NCBI GenBank assembly: GCA_017538255.1
Contig: JAFYJD010000025.1
Span: 131,573 to 195,572 of the forward strand
Reading direction: 5' to 3'
Source of the DNA: Clostridia bacterium
Lineage (GTDB): Bacteria > Bacillota > Clostridia > Christensenellales > CAG-138
DNA: 64,000 bases
Part shown: positions 28,960 to 38,454 of the stretch, in pieces
Numbering within the stretch: position 1 is the first letter of the stretch
How the letters are laid out: every line of letters starts with the position of its first letter
Notes under the pieces: generated by a model
What the model saw: only the letters and a program-made list of their open reading frames with translations
Database searches by the model: none
Told to the model about the DNA's origin: nothing
Position numbers and translations under genes: made by a program

Positions 28960-29652
28960 ATGTTCGGCGCCGTATTTGAGTTTTTTAGGAGCATATTCCT
29001 ATTCGTCGGAATGGTTTCGCACAAGAACAGTTTTCCGCCAACGCTTTCCGCCGACGAAGAGCGCGCGCTCGTTAATCGGCATATTGACGGCGACAGGCAG
29101 GCGCGGGATCTGTTGATCGAGCACAATCTGCGGCTGGTTGCGCATATCGCGAAAAAGTACGCAACGCCCACAAGGAGCATCGACGACCTTATCTCCATTG
29201 GCACGATCGGGCTCATTAAGGCCGTTGAAACGCTTGATCCCGACAAATGCCGCTCCGTCGCCGGCTATGCTTCACGGTGCATCGAAAATGAGATACTTAT
29301 GTATATACGCTCGGACAAAAAGCACGCGCGCGAGGTGTCGCTTGAAGAATCGGTCGGCATAGACCGCGACGGTAACGAGATCACGCTCTCCGACATACTG
29401 CCGAGCGAAGACGGCTCCGTGCTTGACAAAGCGATCGTCAACTCAAACAGCAGGCTTATACGCGAAACGATCAGCAAAAAACTGACCGAGCGCGAGCGCA
29501 GGGTCGTCATCCTTCGCTACGGGCTTATCGACGGCAGATGCTATCCCCAACGCGAAGTCGGCAAGATGCTCGGCATATCACGATCATATGTGTCAAGGAT
29601 CGAGAAAAAGGCGCTTGATAAACTAAACTCCTGTATGACTGGCAGGATATAA
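28960..29652 (+). CDS. sigK: sporulation sigma factor SigK (pro-sigma-K, uninterrupted)
   Basis: Hydrophobic pro-sequence ending ...SHKNSFPPTLSADEE, then IEHNLRLVAHIAKKY, DLISIGTIGLIKAV, CIENEILMYIR and ISRSYVSRIEKKAL. It stands alone, not in a spoIIGA-sigE-sigG context. Confidence 0.85.
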   Translation: MFGAVFEFFRSIFLFVGMVSHKNSFPPTLSADEERALVNRHIDGDRQARDLLIEHNLRLVAHIAKKYATPTRSIDDLISIGTIGLIKAVETLDPDKCRSVAGYASRCIENEILMYIRSDKKHAREVSLEESVGIDRDGNEITLSDILPSEDGSVLDKAIVNSNSRLIRETISKKLTERERRVVILRYGLIDGRCYPQREVGKMLGISRSYVSRIEKKALDKLNSCMTGRI

Positions 29653-29693
29653 AAACATCCCGCGATAAGTATCGCGGGATATCTTTATCTGAT

Positions 29694-31679
29694 TCAATAT
29701 CTTTCGTGCTGATTGCGGCCGCCGGGGACGAATCCGTCCTTTTCGTATTTATCGGTCATATCCTTGACCTTTTGGATGAACTCCTCGTTGGTCTTGGTGC
29801 GGTAGAACATATTGAGCACCTGCTCCGTCGCGTCGGTCGTATTGCCGCCCGAGAGCATTCGCCTTATAGTATCCACACATTCACGCTCATCCTCCGTCAG
29901 GAGAAGTTCGTCGCGGCGCGTGCCGGATTTGTAGATATCCACCGCCGGGAATATGCGCTTTTCGGAGAGTTTGCGGTCGAGGTGTATCTCCATATTGCCC
30001 GTGCCCTTGAACTCTTCGTAGACCATATCGTCCATCCTGGAGCCCGTTTCCACAAGTGCGGTCGCAATAACGGTCAGGCTGCCGCCGTTTTCTATGTTTC
30101 TTGCCGCGCCGAAGAAGCGTTTGGGCTTATGGAGCGCACCCGGGTCCATACCTCCCGAGAGCGTTTTGCCGGTTGAGTTTATCGTGAGGTTGTAGGCGCG
30201 CGCGAGCCTTGTTATCGAGTCCATAAGCACTACAACATCCTTGCCGAGTTCAACAAGGCGCATCGCCCTTTCAAGTACCATCTCGGCAACGCGGGTATGG
30301 TGGTCGGGCAATTCGTCGAAGGTCGAATACACGACTTCGCCCTTTATTGAGCGCTGCATATCGGTAACTTCCTCGGGTCTTTCGTCAATAAGGAGCACGA
30401 TAAGATGCACGTCGGGATGGTTTTCGCTGATGCCGTTTGCTATCGACTTGAGCAGAGTGGTCTTGCCCGCCTTTGGCTGGGAAACGATCATACCGCGCTG
30501 ACCTTTGCCGATCGGCGCGATAAGGTCTATAAGCCTGATCGCAAGATTGCTCTTTGCGTCCGCACCGGCGGTCTCGAGCGTCAGCCGCTCGTTCGGGAAG
30601 ATGGGAACAAGATCCTCAAACGATTTGCGCTGAACGGTCTCATCCGGCGGCATACCGTTGATCGCGGTGATGTACATCAGGGCGACATAGCGTTTGTTTT
30701 CAAGCGTTTGCCTTGTTTTTCCTGCGACCAGGTCGCCGTTGCGAAGACTGAAGCGGCGTATCTGCGAATTGGATATGTAAACATCGTTTGCGCCTTGGAT
30801 ATAGTTTTCTCTGCGAAGAAAACCGTAGCCGTCCGGCATTATCTCGAGCACGCCCTCCGCGTCCTCGCATTCGCCCGATTCGAGTATCTCGGGAACGGCG
30901 GGGTTGCTCGTTCCGTACTCGGCGTTATAATACTGCTCCCTGTACACGCCTTGATTATAGCCGTTTTGCGGCGGCATCTGATTCGTATTGTGATAGGGCT
31001 GATACCCTTGCTGTATGGGCATCTGGCGATAATCCTGCTGCTGATACGTGTCCTGCTGATAGGCGGCGTACGGTTCGCTCTGACGCTGTCTGTACGCGTC
31101 CTGGCGGTATTCCTGATACTGGTATTGGTTTTGGCGGGGCTGAGTTCTGCCGTTTCTGATCTGCTTATTATAAGCGTTCTGCTGTTTGTAGGCGTTTTGA
31201 CCTTGGCTCTGGCCTTGGCGCTGTTGATACTGCTGCTGATACGCGGGCCTTTCCTGTTGATACTGGCGGGATTTTTGCTGATAATCGCCCACAGCGGGCT
31301 GGGAATAGCCGAATCGTCTGCCCGAGTAGTTCATACCCATCTGCTCCATGCCGATATCCGGCTCATCTATTTCATCCATCGGCGGGAACATATCCTCGTC
31401 GTCATAATCGGGCATACCGGTCTGCGGCGCGTCCATAACTTTTGACGGCCCGCCGTCCACAGCCGAACCGGGCTCCGCATTGACGGGGCTTTTCTTTTCG
31501 GGTTTTGCGGGCGCGTCTGAAGCAGGCTCCAAACCGCGTTTTGCCGCGTTTTGACCGCCGTTCATAATGATGTCAACGAGTTCGCTCTTTCTGTACTTTG
31601 TGATCGATTTTACGCCCTGCGCCTTTGCTATCGTCCTTAAACTTTCAAGACTTTTGCCGAGCATTTCTTCACGCGTCAT
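29694..31679 (-). CDS. rho: transcription termination factor Rho with a long N-terminal low-complexity insertion
   Basis: Rho_N-like [31 protein letters not shown]-binding GYGFLR, Walker [10 protein letters not shown], and a C-terminal [11 protein letters not shown]. Start set at ATG 31679 (GGAG 6 nt upstream). The track start at 31691 is an alternative. Confidence 0.92.
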   Translation of the reverse strand: MTREEMLGKSLESLRTIAKAQGVKSITKYRKSELVDIIMNGGQNAAKRGLEPASDAPAKPEKKSPVNAEPGSAVDGGPSKVMDAPQTGMPDYDDEDMFPPMDEIDEPDIGMEQMGMNYSGRRFGYSQPAVGDYQQKSRQYQQERPAYQQQYQQRQGQSQGQNAYKQQNAYNKQIRNGRTQPRQNQYQYQEYRQDAYRQRQSEPYAAYQQDTYQQQDYRQMPIQQGYQPYHNTNQMPPQNGYNQGVYREQYYNAEYGTSNPAVPEILESGECEDAEGVLEIMPDGYGFLRRENYIQGANDVYISNSQIRRFSLRNGDLVAGKTRQTLENKRYVALMYITAINGMPPDETVQRKSFEDLVPIFPNERLTLETAGADAKSNLAIRLIDLIAPIGKGQRGMIVSQPKAGKTTLLKSIANGISENHPDVHLIVLLIDERPEEVTDMQRSIKGEVVYSTFDELPDHHTRVAEMVLERAMRLVELGKDVVVLMDSITRLARAYNLTINSTGKTLSGGMDPGALHKPKRFFGAARNIENGGSLTVIATALVETGSRMDDMVYEEFKGTGNMEIHLDRKLSEKRIFPAVDIYKSGTRRDELLLTEDERECVDTIRRMLSGGNTTDATEQVLNMFYRTKTNEEFIQKVKDMTDKYEKDGFVPGGRNQHERY

Positions 31680-32036
31680 AAAAAACTCCATTCATATAGA
31701 TGTCAATGACAGAATAATACCAATGCTATGCGGGACTAAATAATACTATGCATTGTTGAAAAATTAATGATTCCCTAATATTTTAGTGGATGATCCGAAT
31801 CAATTTCGATAGTATTATACCTTGTCTTCTCGCTTTTGTCAACTTCGATTTTTCTGTATTTATACGCTTTTTTGTTGGTTTTCCAAAATATTTCCCGGGA
31901 ATAAGGCGCGTCTGCTCTTTGGTCGTACAAAATCGTTCGTTTACAAATCTGGCGCTGCGCGATCAACTTCTGTGATATGTCGAAACTGCAATTTGGGCAA
32001 TCGCGAATATTTATATGCTTTATCTGCGGAACCGGG

Positions 32037-32068
32037 AAACGGAGAGGGCACCTCTGCCCTCTCCGTTT
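32037..32068. terminator. GC-rich hairpin downstream of the S24 repressor gene
   Basis: 13-bp stem aaacggagagggc/gccctctccgttt. The T-rich run lies on the plus-strand side only. Confidence 0.45.
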
Positions 32069-32079
32069 ATGTTTCTGTT

Positions 32080-32862
32080 TTATTCGACTACCCTGCCGAC
32101 TACTCGGAACTCAGCGTTTTCGCCGATCTTTATCGGCGGGTATTTTTTGTTGAGCGATATAAGTTTTATGCCGTGCTCGGTGTCGAGTTTTTTGCAGTAT
32201 GCCTCGCCGTTGAGAAGGAATATCCCGATCTCTCCCGATTGGAGTTCCTGCTGCTGGCGCACGTAGACGATCTGCCCGTCCGAAAATGCAGGCGTCATAG
32301 AATCGCCGCTGAGCCTGACCGCAAAGGTCGCCGTTTCGGGGACGGTAGCGTCCGCGTCTATCATGGTATATGCATCGCCGTCAAGAAAAACGCCCGTGCC
32401 TGCGGATGCCGGCAGGTCGTAAAGCGGTATCTGCCGAATGCGCTTTACCTCACGCACTCGATGGGAGAAATATGCGTTTTCGTTAAGCATAGCGATGTAT
32501 TCGTTCGCCCTTTCCCTGCCGAGTTTGTTGAGTCCCGCAAACGGATCGGAACCGCTCTCGATACCGCGGAAAGTTTTGAGTACGTCGGTTATGCCGAGTA
32601 TGCGGCAGAGGCTGATGAACTGGATCGCGTCCGGCAGGCTGTCGCCGTTCTCCCATTTGCTGACGGCGCGGTCGGTTATCGTGCTTTTGCCCCAGCGTTC
32701 GCAATCGCGGCTGATCGCCTCGGCTATCTGTTTTTGTTTCAGTTTTTTTTCGGCGCGAAGCACCGCAAGTTTTTCTCCGAACGAAAGTTCGTTGAAATCG
32801 CGTTCCGCGCGGTCGCTCTTTTTGGTTTTGGAAGTTTTGACCTTATCCGTATCAATTATCAC
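32080..32862 (-). CDS. XRE-family HTH repressor fused to an S24 LexA/cI-like autopeptidase domain
   Basis: HTH (KQKQIAEAISRD...AVSKWENG). The C-terminal SGDSMTP serine motif and a later Lys (CKKL) are typical of S24 peptidases. GTG start preceded by GGGGAGGG. Confidence 0.8.
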   Translation of the reverse strand: MIIDTDKVKTSKTKKSDRAERDFNELSFGEKLAVLRAEKKLKQKQIAEAISRDCERWGKSTITDRAVSKWENGDSLPDAIQFISLCRILGITDVLKTFRGIESGSDPFAGLNKLGRERANEYIAMLNENAYFSHRVREVKRIRQIPLYDLPASAGTGVFLDGDAYTMIDADATVPETATFAVRLSGDSMTPAFSDGQIVYVRQQQELQSGEIGIFLLNGEAYCKKLDTEHGIKLISLNKKYPPIKIGENAEFRVVGRVVE

Positions 32863-32970
32863 GCTATGCCCTCCCCTATGTGTTTTATTGTTGCTTCCAT
32901 TATACCGCCCCTTGCCCGTGATTGCAAGAGTTTTTTGAAAATATTTTCTCTTTATCAGAGAAAATTGTTG

Positions 32971-32999
32971 TTTACAACTCCTGTTTGGAGTGTTATACT
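32971..32999 (+). promoter_or_regulatory. dinB promoter with an inverted repeat in the spacer (candidate operator)
   Basis: TTTACA-17 nt-TATACT. The spacer contains actcc-tgttt-ggagt. An imperfect palindrome GGAGTGTTATAC..TATACTCC spans the -10. Confidence 0.5.
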
Positions 33000-33047
33000 T
33001 ATATTATACTCCTATAAAGAGAATATTTTGGTATTTTGAGGTGTGTT

Positions 33048-34310
33048 ATGGAAAGTTTGATCGACACGAACGCTGTGCGTATGGGCAGAAGCATCCTGCA
33101 TATCGATATAAACAATTTTTACGCGAGCGTCGAGATACGCGACGACCCTTCACTTCGCGACCTTCCCGTTGCGGTATGCGGCGATCGGGAAGCGCGGCAC
33201 GGGATAATACTTGCCAAAAACTACAAGGCAAAGGCGTACGGCGTAAAGACCGCCGAAACGATATTCGAAGCAAAACGCAAATGCCCCGATATAGTGCTCG
33301 TGCCGTCGCATTTTGAAAAATACGAGCAGATAACCATAGAAACGCGCAAACTGCTTTCAACATACAGCGACCGCGTTGAGCCCTTCGGTATGGATGAGGC
33401 GTGGATAGATATAAGCCCCTATGCGCCAACGTCTGTCGACACACGCGCCATCGCCGACGAGATACGCCGAAAATACGTGTCCGAGTTCGGGCTGACCGCG
33501 TCCGTCGGCGCGAGTTTCAACAAGGTGTTCGCCAAACTCGGCTCCGATATGAAAAAGCCCGACGCGACCACCGTCATAACACCCGCTGATTTTCGCGCCG
33601 TCGTTTGGCCGCTTCCCGTTGATGACCTGCTGTTTGTTGGGAGCAGTACCAAATCAACGCTCAATGCGCGCGGGGTGAAAACTATCGGCGACCTTGCAAA
33701 CACCGATGAGGCTCTCGTTAGATCGTGGCTCGGTAAAAACGGCGTGGCGCTGAGGCGCGCGGCAAACGGGCTCGATACTTCAAGCGTTGTGCCGACGGGC
33801 GGCGAAGGCGCTATGAAGAGCATCGGCAACAGTTTCACTCCGCCGAGCGATATCAACGATCTTGACGAGGCGCTCGCGCTGCTGCAGTCGATAAGCGAGA
33901 GCGTATCCTATCGAATGCGCAAGCACGGCGTACTTGCGGGCACGGTGGTATTGAGCGTGCGCGACAATTCGCTTATAACCTTTGAGCGTCAGGCAAAACT
34001 CCCCTGTCCGAGCGCGATCGCGATAGAACTTCGCAACGCGGCTTTTGAACTTTTGAAAGCAAACTATCAATGGCATCGCCCGATACGCAGTCTCGGCATC
34101 CGCGCGACGGCGCTGACGGATGCAGCTTCGCCGCTTCAAACGAGCCTGTTTTTGGATCATGAGGCGCGGAACAGACGTTTTTCCTTTGAAAACGCGGTCG
34201 ATGAGATCCGCAATGCCCATGGCAAGACCAGTATCCTCGCAGGACGGGTGTTTGCCCAAAAAAAGGTCGAGGGCGCGATACATTTGGACGGACTTTATGC
34301 TTTGAGATAG
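33048..34310 (+). CDS. dinB: DNA polymerase IV (Y-family)
   Basis: ILHIDINNFYASVE, FGMDEAWIDIS and SVGASFNKVFAKLGSDMKKPD motifs. Start trimmed to ATG 33048 after GAGGTG. Confidence 0.9.
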   Translation: MESLIDTNAVRMGRSILHIDINNFYASVEIRDDPSLRDLPVAVCGDREARHGIILAKNYKAKAYGVKTAETIFEAKRKCPDIVLVPSHFEKYEQITIETRKLLSTYSDRVEPFGMDEAWIDISPYAPTSVDTRAIADEIRRKYVSEFGLTASVGASFNKVFAKLGSDMKKPDATTVITPADFRAVVWPLPVDDLLFVGSSTKSTLNARGVKTIGDLANTDEALVRSWLGKNGVALRRAANGLDTSSVVPTGGEGAMKSIGNSFTPPSDINDLDEALALLQSISESVSYRMRKHGVLAGTVVLSVRDNSLITFERQAKLPCPSAIAIELRNAAFELLKANYQWHRPIRSLGIRATALTDAASPLQTSLFLDHEARNRRFSFENAVDEIRNAHGKTSILAGRVFAQKKVEGAIHLDGLYALR

Positions 34311-34366
34311 GGCGAATAAAAGCGCTTTATTCGAATAAAGTTATAAAAAACGAAAGCGGTGAAAGA

Positions 34367-35440
34367 ATGATAAAACTGCATATAAGCGCGCAGATGCCCT
34401 GCGCCGTCGGCATATTTTCGGATGCTTCGTGCCTGTTCGGCACCGATAAAAGTGTGTTTGAACTTGATGCGGACGGAAGCATTCTTGTAAAAATATCGCC
34501 TATCGTATGCGCCGGCGAGTATGTGCCTGCCGAAACGGGTGTTCGTTTGGATATCAAAATTGAAAACGGCATAAAAACGCTTTTACTCGATAGTACGTAT
34601 CGGGACAACGCCGAACTGATCGACTGGGGTTTTGATCTTTATGAACTCGAGCCGCGGTTTTTGTTTTATCGGTCAAGGCCGCTCCCGCCGCAAACACTCG
34701 ACGAAGCGGAGTTTGTTTCAAACGGCAACCGCTGCGAACTGACGCTGTTTACTGATAACGGTCTGCTTTTGGAAACGCGCTCCTGCGGCGCCGAGCGCAC
34801 GTACTCGCTCGGTGCCGGTCAAGGCGGAACGCTGCGCACGCTCGACACCGGCAAAGCCGTTATACTCATCGTTGAATGCGAAACTGTATGTGAAGACAAG
34901 ACCATGCTCCCCCGACCCGAAAAGATGAAGAGGGTGCTTATCATAAACGAAAACTTCGAGACCGTTGGCGAGATCAGATCCTCAAACTGCCGCTTTGAGG
35001 ACGGTTATCTTATTTCGATCGAGCCGCTCGGCACCGTGCTTGGACATGAGGCGCGGCGAATGTACGAACTTACGGAGAACGGCGCGGCGGAACTGTCTGA
35101 TGAAGCGGAGGTCGGATTCTTTTCGCACGAGAAAACAACGCCGAAGGACGGTGTTGAAACGGCTGTGGCGTTTTTGGAATGCCTGCTTCTCGGCAGGGAG
35201 GATGAATGCCTTTCGCTCATCTCGCAAGGGTTGGCGAACCGCACGGACTACGATACGATATGCGAGTTCTTCGGCGACTTTGACAGATGCAAAAAAACTC
35301 CGTTTTGCAGTCAAAACGGAGCGGTAACAGTCGGTACCGTTTCCGATGAAACGGCAAGAGCGTATGTATTTGACGTTGAAAACGGGCTTATCCGCGACGT
35401 TTCCGAATACGCGCCCGAAGCACAGTTTCAAAGCGAATGA
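34367..35440 (+). CDS. hypothetical protein (no family recognised)
   Basis: 357-aa ORF immediately downstream of dinB with a GGTGA-type RBS. Its 3' end overlaps the convergent ABC-2 permease gene by 53 nt. Confidence 0.5.
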   Translation: MIKLHISAQMPCAVGIFSDASCLFGTDKSVFELDADGSILVKISPIVCAGEYVPAETGVRLDIKIENGIKTLLLDSTYRDNAELIDWGFDLYELEPRFLFYRSRPLPPQTLDEAEFVSNGNRCELTLFTDNGLLLETRSCGAERTYSLGAGQGGTLRTLDTGKAVILIVECETVCEDKTMLPRPEKMKRVLIINENFETVGEIRSSNCRFEDGYLISIEPLGTVLGHEARRMYELTENGAAELSDEAEVGFFSHEKTTPKDGVETAVAFLECLLLGREDECLSLISQGLANRTDYDTICEFFGDFDRCKKTPFCSQNGAVTVGTVSDETARAYVFDVENGLIRDVSEYAPEAQFQSE

Positions 35441-36545
35441 GGGCGGATAACGCAAGCATCAATAAAGCGAACACAGCGAGTATCGCCAACGATGCGGCGC
35501 TCCCGTTGAGCGCGTCAAGATACTGCCCCTGAGGTGTGAAGAGCGCAAGTCTTTTCATAGTTTCTATGGACGAAAGATCGGCAAAGCAGCCGCCCGCAAG
35601 GCTCGTGATAAACGCCGTCAGCGGCACCGCGATTTCCGTTCTTGCCGATGAGGAACAGGAGCCGATAAGAAGTGCGAGCGAACTTGCGGCAAGCAGATAG
35701 GTAAAGCCGCAGATCACAGAATACACCGTGATGCGCTCGCACTTTATTATCAGCGACAGCGCGAAGACCGCGCCGCCTAACAGCATCAGCGCGATCAGGT
35801 CTGCGGCAAGATCGACCGCCCTGCCCGCTTCGACTGAGCCCATACGCATCCTGACGGCGCGGGCGTCGTCCGAGCCCGTGAATACGCCGAGCATCAACAC
35901 GATCAACATCATCACGAACGCGCAGAAGCCCGCATAGCGCGGCGCAAACGCTCCGAGCACCGTGCTCGCCGCAACGCCCGATCCGATGCGGCTCACTTCG
36001 AGCGGCAGGTCTTCATCCGATATATGTTTTATGAATGCTTCATCGATGCGCGCTCTTTCATCCGCGTTCGACGCGGCTCCATTAAGACTTGAAAAATAAT
36101 CGGGCGCGTTTAAACGGGCTTTTAATACTACCGCCGTCCCTGCGATCAACTCACGCGCCGCTTCCGATGAAGAAACGCCCTTTGCGGGTGTGTAATTAAG
36201 CGCGCTCTCGCCTGATGTGAGTTTTTCGGCAAAATCATTGTCGATCATAAGCGTGCCCTCGGCAACGCCTGACTTTTCGAGTTTTTCGGCTGCCGTTTTA
36301 TCCGCACACAGAATGACCTCCGCGCCGCTGTTCATACCTTCGAGCATATCTATATACGCCTTTGATTCGGCGGATGCAGCATTGTCGATTACCGCGATAA
36401 CGAGTTTTTGATTGCCCTTTGTGCCGATCGCGTCCCGCGCGGCAAAAAACATCAGCGCGGCGCAAACGAACACTGCCGCCGCCATCACACAGCCGCCGCA
36501 CATCGCACGCAGTTTTTTAACGGAAATTGCCAACGCTTTCATCAT
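35388..36545 (-). CDS. ABC-2-type transporter permease
   Basis: TM1, then a large extracytoplasmic loop, then a C-terminal TM bundle. Its ATG overlaps the upstream stop (ATGA). Confidence 0.7.
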   Translation of the reverse strand: MMKALAISVKKLRAMCGGCVMAAAVFVCAALMFFAARDAIGTKGNQKLVIAVIDNAASAESKAYIDMLEGMNSGAEVILCADKTAAEKLEKSGVAEGTLMIDNDFAEKLTSGESALNYTPAKGVSSSEAARELIAGTAVVLKARLNAPDYFSSLNGAASNADERARIDEAFIKHISDEDLPLEVSRIGSGVAASTVLGAFAPRYAGFCAFVMMLIVLMLGVFTGSDDARAVRMRMGSVEAGRAVDLAADLIALMLLGGAVFALSLIIKCERITVYSVICGFTYLLAASSLALLIGSCSSSARTEIAVPLTAFITSLAGGCFADLSSIETMKRLALFTPQGQYLDALNGSAASLAILAVFALLMLALSALIRFETVLRARIRKRRG

Positions 36546-37825
36546 ACGCCGCTCCTTTTGACGAGCCGTTTGCCGCGTCTTTGTGTTCCAAGAAGAAATG
36601 CAATAAACGATACCGTAACGGCGATAGTTATTATGAGCGCAAGCGGGACGATGCTTGAGAGCATAATGCCGCTTTTATTTGAAAGCGCATTTATAAGATG
36701 CTTGGCGTTTGATACGGCACCGATTTTTTTGGCGTATTCGGGCAGGAGCGCGAACGGATAGATCGCGCCGCCAAAGAGCAGCGAAAGCGCCGTCGCCATG
36801 CCGCCCGCAAGCATAAATTGCTCCGTATTCCCTGTTATAAAACCAAAAGCAAGCACGACGAAGAAGCAGGAAAGGAACGCGAATATCAGCGCAAGAAGCG
36901 GCAGCATCCCCGCGCCGCCGAGTTCCGGACGGAGTATCAGTATCAGCGGCACTATGCCCGCGGAGCAGAATACCGCGCCTGATACGAGTTTTGAGAGTAT
37001 CAGTTCGATAACGTTTCCGCCTATTGAAACGAAACGGTCAAACAGGCCCATTCTTCGCTCGTCTGGCATAGTCTTGACAACGCCGAGTGAAACGAGGAAG
37101 AAGAGCATAATAGCAGCCGCCGCAAAGAACGTGTTTTTTACGTTCGATTCGATCTGCGCCATACTTTCACCGTCATATAAAACTGAACGGCGCCCCAAAG
37201 CGCCTTCGATTATCGATGCGGCGGCGGAGTCAAGATATGCATCAAGCAGTTCTCCGTCCTCGTGAAAGTTTTCGCCGTAGCGCTCCGTATAAGCGGCGCT
37301 CCAGGCGGCGCGTTCGCCCGCGATTATTCGTGCAACGCCCGATATGATATTCTCGGTTATGCGGCTTTCGACCGCCATTTTTTCGTTTGTATAGAGGCGT
37401 ACACGGGTTTCATCCTCGGTGTAGAGATCGTAAAAAAAGTCCGTCGGGATAGTGATTATCGCGGCGCAATCCTTGAACGCATCGACAGAAAAAAGAGCGT
37501 CCGATCGTTTGATATTTCCGTTTTCTTCCGTATCTATTGTGTCGAAAGCGCCCGAAGTGATATCTTCCGAGGTGTAGACCTTTACATTTGAAAACAGGTC
37601 GATCTCTTTGAACTGGGAAATGAGCGACCTTGACATCAATGTTTCGTCAAGGTCGTAAACCGCAACCGCAAACGGCTTCACGGAAAGGTCCGCCGCTGCG
37701 GTATCGTTCGATCCTGCAAGCATCAAAAGCGCCGCGAGCGCGGGAAGCAGCAAACTCAATATGCCCGATGCCGAAAGGAACAGGCAGATATCCTTGTATA
37801 TGCTTGCGAAAAACGACTTCATCAT
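36542..37825 (-). CDS. ABC-2-type transporter permease
   Basis: Track ORF trimmed to MMKSFFASIYKD at 37825, where the ATG overlaps the ATPase stop (ATGA). Same topology as the downstream paralogue. Confidence 0.7.
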   Translation of the reverse strand: MMKSFFASIYKDICLFLSASGILSLLLPALAALLMLAGSNDTAAADLSVKPFAVAVYDLDETLMSRSLISQFKEIDLFSNVKVYTSEDITSGAFDTIDTEENGNIKRSDALFSVDAFKDCAAIITIPTDFFYDLYTEDETRVRLYTNEKMAVESRITENIISGVARIIAGERAAWSAAYTERYGENFHEDGELLDAYLDSAAASIIEGALGRRSVLYDGESMAQIESNVKNTFFAAAAIMLFFLVSLGVVKTMPDERRMGLFDRFVSIGGNVIELILSKLVSGAVFCSAGIVPLILILRPELGGAGMLPLLALIFAFLSCFFVVLAFGFITGNTEQFMLAGGMATALSLLFGGAIYPFALLPEYAKKIGAVSNAKHLINALSNKSGIMLSSIVPLALIITIAVTVSFIAFLLGTQRRGKRLVKRSGV

Positions 37826-38445
37826 ACGATCCTGCCGCCGCTGAGTTCCACCGTGCGGTCGCAAACGCGCGCAATCTCGTCGCCATGGTGCGATACGAGC
37901 AATACCGCGCAGTCGATCCGCTTCAACCGCTCTATCGCCGAGAGTATGGATTCGACCGACGCGGTATCCGCGCCGACCGTCGGCTCGTCGAGCAGCAAGA
38001 GTTTTACGTCGCCAACGAGTGCGCACGCAAGGTTCAGGCGGCGCTTCATTCCTCCCGAATATGAGGATACACGCTTATCCGCCTTATCCGAAAGCCCGAC
38101 AAGTTTCAAAAGATATTTTATTCGGACGGCTCTGCGCTTGCCGTACAGACCGATCGCCGACGCCCAATAGCGCAGATTCTGCCGGCCCGTGAGCGAGGTG
38201 TAAACGGCGAGATCCTGCGGCACATAGCCGAGTTCTCCCGGGTCAAATTTCTGCGTTTCGACAGCGCCTGCGTCCTGTTTTTCCACGCCCGCGATTATGC
38301 GAAGCAATGTGCTTTTACCCGCGCCGTTCGCGCCGATGACGCCGACCACCTCGCCTTTTTTTACGGTAATGGAAATCGGCCCCAATACGCAATCGGGACC
38401 GTAGGATTTTGTGATATCGGTTATTCTTATAAGTTCATCGTCCAT
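37822..38445 (-). CDS. ABC transporter ATP-binding protein
   Basis: Walker A GANGAGKST, signature YSGGMKRRL, Walker B LLLLDEPT. Confidence 0.88.
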   Translation of the reverse strand: MDDELIRITDITKSYGPDCVLGPISITVKKGEVVGVIGANGAGKSTLLRIIAGVEKQDAGAVETQKFDPGELGYVPQDLAVYTSLTGRQNLRYWASAIGLYGKRRAVRIKYLLKLVGLSDKADKRVSSYSGGMKRRLNLACALVGDVKLLLLDEPTVGADTASVESILSAIERLKRIDCAVLLVSHHGDEIARVCDRTVELSGGRIV

Positions 38446-38454
38446 ATATCGATC

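Noticed and set aside
28960-29652. Possible skin-type interruption of sigK
   Set aside because: The ORF is contiguous from the pro-sequence through regions 2 and 4 (230 aa), so sigK is not split in this genome.
30405-31445. 346-aa plus-strand ORF
   Set aside because: It is antisense to rho. Its Leu/Ile/Val-rich repeats simply mirror the Q/Y/N-rich coding repeats on the other strand.
31775-31966. 63-aa lysine-rich minus-strand ORF in the AT-rich rho / S24-repressor spacer
   Set aside because: It has a TTG start with no convincing RBS, no recognisable motif, and it overlaps an equally plausible plus-strand ORF. It may be a relic, but I cannot support it as a gene.
31822-33039. 405-aa plus-strand ORF, the longest unexplained ORF in the track
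   Set aside because: It runs antisense through the well-supported XRE-S24 repressor gene and across the dinB promoter region. Its translation is Arg/Phe-rich with no motifs and it has no RBS. This is a typical shadow ORF in GC-rich coding DNA.
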